A stretch of 63,309 nucleotides of DNA, filler included, from Choristocarpus tenellus KU-1152 (lineage: Eukaryota; Protista; Phaeophyceae), in the NCBI GenBank assembly GCA_964200185.2. It is 13 parts of 13 records of this genome, joined end to end, with 100 filler letters (N's around TTAATTAATTAA, not from the genome) between each part and the next. Parts side by side here need not be neighbours in the genome. Positions count along the whole stretch, not along the records: positions 60,407 to 63,309 come from CAXNAD020023774.1; 12 more parts are not named here. One strand, 5' to 3'. The notes beneath the pieces were generated by a model. It saw only the letters and a list, made by a program, of their open reading frames with translations. It was not told the DNA's origin and made no database searches. The translations under genes and the position numbers were made by a program. Positions within the stretch are counted from its first letter, which is position 1; the number at the start of each line of letters is the position of its first letter. Shown piece by piece: positions 60,863 to 63,309 of the stretch.

Positions 60863-63023
60863 GTACACACTAGTATTGCTGATATATTCTAATAATCTAT
60901 ATATTGGAAGTAGTGTGTTTTATGGAATCACTGCACTGTACCTGTCAACATTGTCTATTACTCTGCTGTTCTTGTAACTGTTTTTGTTATTTTTTCTATA
61001 GCGACGGTCATGGACCGGTCCGTCTGTCACTCTAACACCCAAAAACATCCTCTGGAGTCTGATCTGTGCCTGCTGTGGCTCAGGTTGTTTGCAGACCACC
61101 TCTGACGACGAGATCAATTCAATTTTGGTTTTGGTTTTTTTTTCTGGTGAATTGAACAACACTGGTGTGAAGGGGGATTAGTTCTTTTTTTTGTGGAATG
61201 TGTGTTAATCTTTTTAGCTGAGGTCTGCTTGAACAATTGGTCTGGAGAGGGTGGATGACATACGCGTTGATCAGGTGTTGTTTGTGCCCTGTGGCTGTAG
61301 GTTAGTGCTCCAGGGCTGTGAAGTTTTTTTCTCTGCGGCAAGCGAATGTTGATAATACTGTACCAGAGGGTTGGGATAAGGCACAGCTGTGTGAACAATA
61401 GTGCCTGATCCCCGGCACACCTAAGCTTGGAAATATGTATGAGATTGATTGCATTTTGTTTTCCTTTATTGGAGGGTCCTGCCATGGCCATCGAGAGCCT
61501 CTTTAATGCCGGCAGCTTCGCATCATATATTTTCCTCAGCACCACCTCTCTGCCTTGAAACCCATTATACAAGTCTTCAGTCACATTATTGTGCTATGGC
61601 ATCCTCCAATTCCTCAAAACGGCCCCCGATCGAATCCCCCACTCCAACTCCATACCACCTCAGACTCACAATCAATTGTCTGGTCGTGCTGTGGACACTG
61701 CTGTTTGAAAAAATTGAAACAGGACGCAACAGGACAACCTCTGGTGCAGCTGACACCGGTGTCGCTTGAGGTTAAGAAGCTTCTAGAACTAGGAGTATTT
61801 TTGTGACGGGTGATATCCTATAGAGGTGATTCTATTTGCTGGTTTTGCTGGTTTTGGAACTCACTGTCACATTTGGTATTGTTCCAGAGCCTGGTAACAT
61901 GTATGCTCTCTTACTAGTCCAGAGTGCTCTCTGAGAGACTCTTTTAAGCAGTCATGGTGATAGATAGTGTAACGCGTTTTTTGGTGTGTCCTTAGTGTTA
62001 GTGAACAATCAAACGTATTCAACAAAGAGCACATCTGACTGGTACAAAACAGCGCAGCCTGTGGAGTGAAGAGGCTATCATAATTCTTTTTGTGGGGAAA
62101 GGAGAGGGGCTATGGAGTTGTTAAAGTTGAGGTTTCCCCCCTGTCTGGTCTCTATTTCTCTCTGTGCATGGATGTTTCTTTTTCAAGAGTGTTTATTGTG
62201 TGGAGGTTGTGTACACACAAGATTTGGACTTCACACACAGAGATTTCTCTGGTTTCTTTCCACACACACAATACATGCATATATCTAGATATAGTTGATA
62301 GTCGAGCACAATTTTTGATGGATAAGTGTGCAAGTGCAATAAAAAATAAAGCTCTTATCTTGTCCAATCATAAACTCTGGTCGGCTGAGTGTGAGGCAAC
62401 CTTGACTCCACTATGCATATTTTCCGACAAGAACAACTCTGGATCATGCATGTCACTGATAATTATCATGTTAAAGTGATTGACAGGTGAAGTGTTTAAT
62501 ACTTGTAGTCGTAGGGCAGGAGGGGTGGTTTTGGCACATTGATGACCTGCCTCCAAGTTTATTGAAGATTTTATATCCAGAACTGATGGTATTCCTGCTG
62601 TTAAAAGGAATTAAAGGTATGTAACAACGGCAACAACAGAGAAATAACCATACCTACCTGGTACATGTGGATAGAGAAGGCATACTGCTCAACAGACAGA
62701 CAAGATAAGCAAAGGTTAACCCCAAACAGACGGAACAGCTGTCCCCTCGAGTGTATTGTGGCTGCGCTCCAGAAGACGTGGCATCCTTGTCAACAGTTTT
62801 TTACATCATATAGCGTTTGCTCCTCGCATCCCCATTCTTGAGTATCCTCTGCTTATATAAGGTACTAGAGACCTATATACTGGCCCCATAAACCTCTCGA
62901 CTCTTATTCAGGCTGACCGCATTGCTGATCCCATGCACTCAGACCTTGACCATGAGGTTGATGCGATACTGACCATATCCCATCAACCTCACTCGTATTT
63001 TGGATAACTGATACGCTAATCCC

Positions 63024-63209
63024 GGCTCAAAGTATTTGGAGGGGGTGGCGCCTGTCCCTTTGGGGCACATTTTTCCATGTCACGATTTTTGAGTGAATTT
63101 GGTTGCATGCGACAGATGGATAATGTAAGTACCCTTCTCCTGGTCAGGGCCCGAATGGACACCGTGGTATAGACACACACACACACACACACACCAGATA
63201 CTTTGAGCC
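63024..63209 (-). mobile_element. MITE family B, TSD TCCC
   Basis: TCCC at 63020-63023 and 63210-63213; termini ggctcaaagta...tactttgagcc. Confidence 0.9.
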
Positions 63210-63238
63210 TCCCGTACACTCAGACCTCATAAGCTTGA

Positions 63239-63309
63239 GAGTCAAAGTATCTTAGAGGGTAGAGCCGCGTCCATTTGAGGGCCAAATTCCAACGTTGCGA
63301 TTTTGATGT
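63239..63309 (+). mobile_element. MITE family A, truncated by the window end
   Basis: gagtcaaagtatcttagagggtagagcc. Confidence 0.85.

Overview
Eukaryotic, intron-rich and repeat-rich draft sequence. It is most likely a photosynthetic stramenopile such as an early-diverging brown alga (inferred from a bipartite plastid-targeting presequence, TTAGGG repeats and the transposable element (TE) repertoire). The window is not one locus: 13 short contigs are joined by artificial 100-bp spacers (N-run/TTAATTAATTAA/N-run), so neighbourhood across spacers means nothing. Host gene fragments: a plastid-targeted protein, a possible Zn-finger/coiled-coil protein, Rab1, a sacsin-like protein, coatomer beta (COPB1), an EF-hand protein, a possible WDR78-like terminal exon and a histone H4 pseudogene. 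The most notable feature is an apparently intact three-exon, ~848-aa tyrosine recombinase gene (30797-33805). It has DUF3504/Crypton-like motifs, a variant T-x-x-R box, a C-terminal CxxC-x15-CxxC ribbon and a CpG-rich first exon. The rest is TE material: two abundant MITE families (~260 and ~180 bp) with shared termini and mostly 4-bp target-site duplications (TSDs), CRE-like and RTE-like non-LTR relics, a Copia 5' end, a complete mariner with Stowaway-like terminal inverted repeats (TIRs), and Tc1/IS630 and hAT relics. Repeat copies show clear CpG decay, which suggests cytosine methylation. All calls are by eye; no searches were run.
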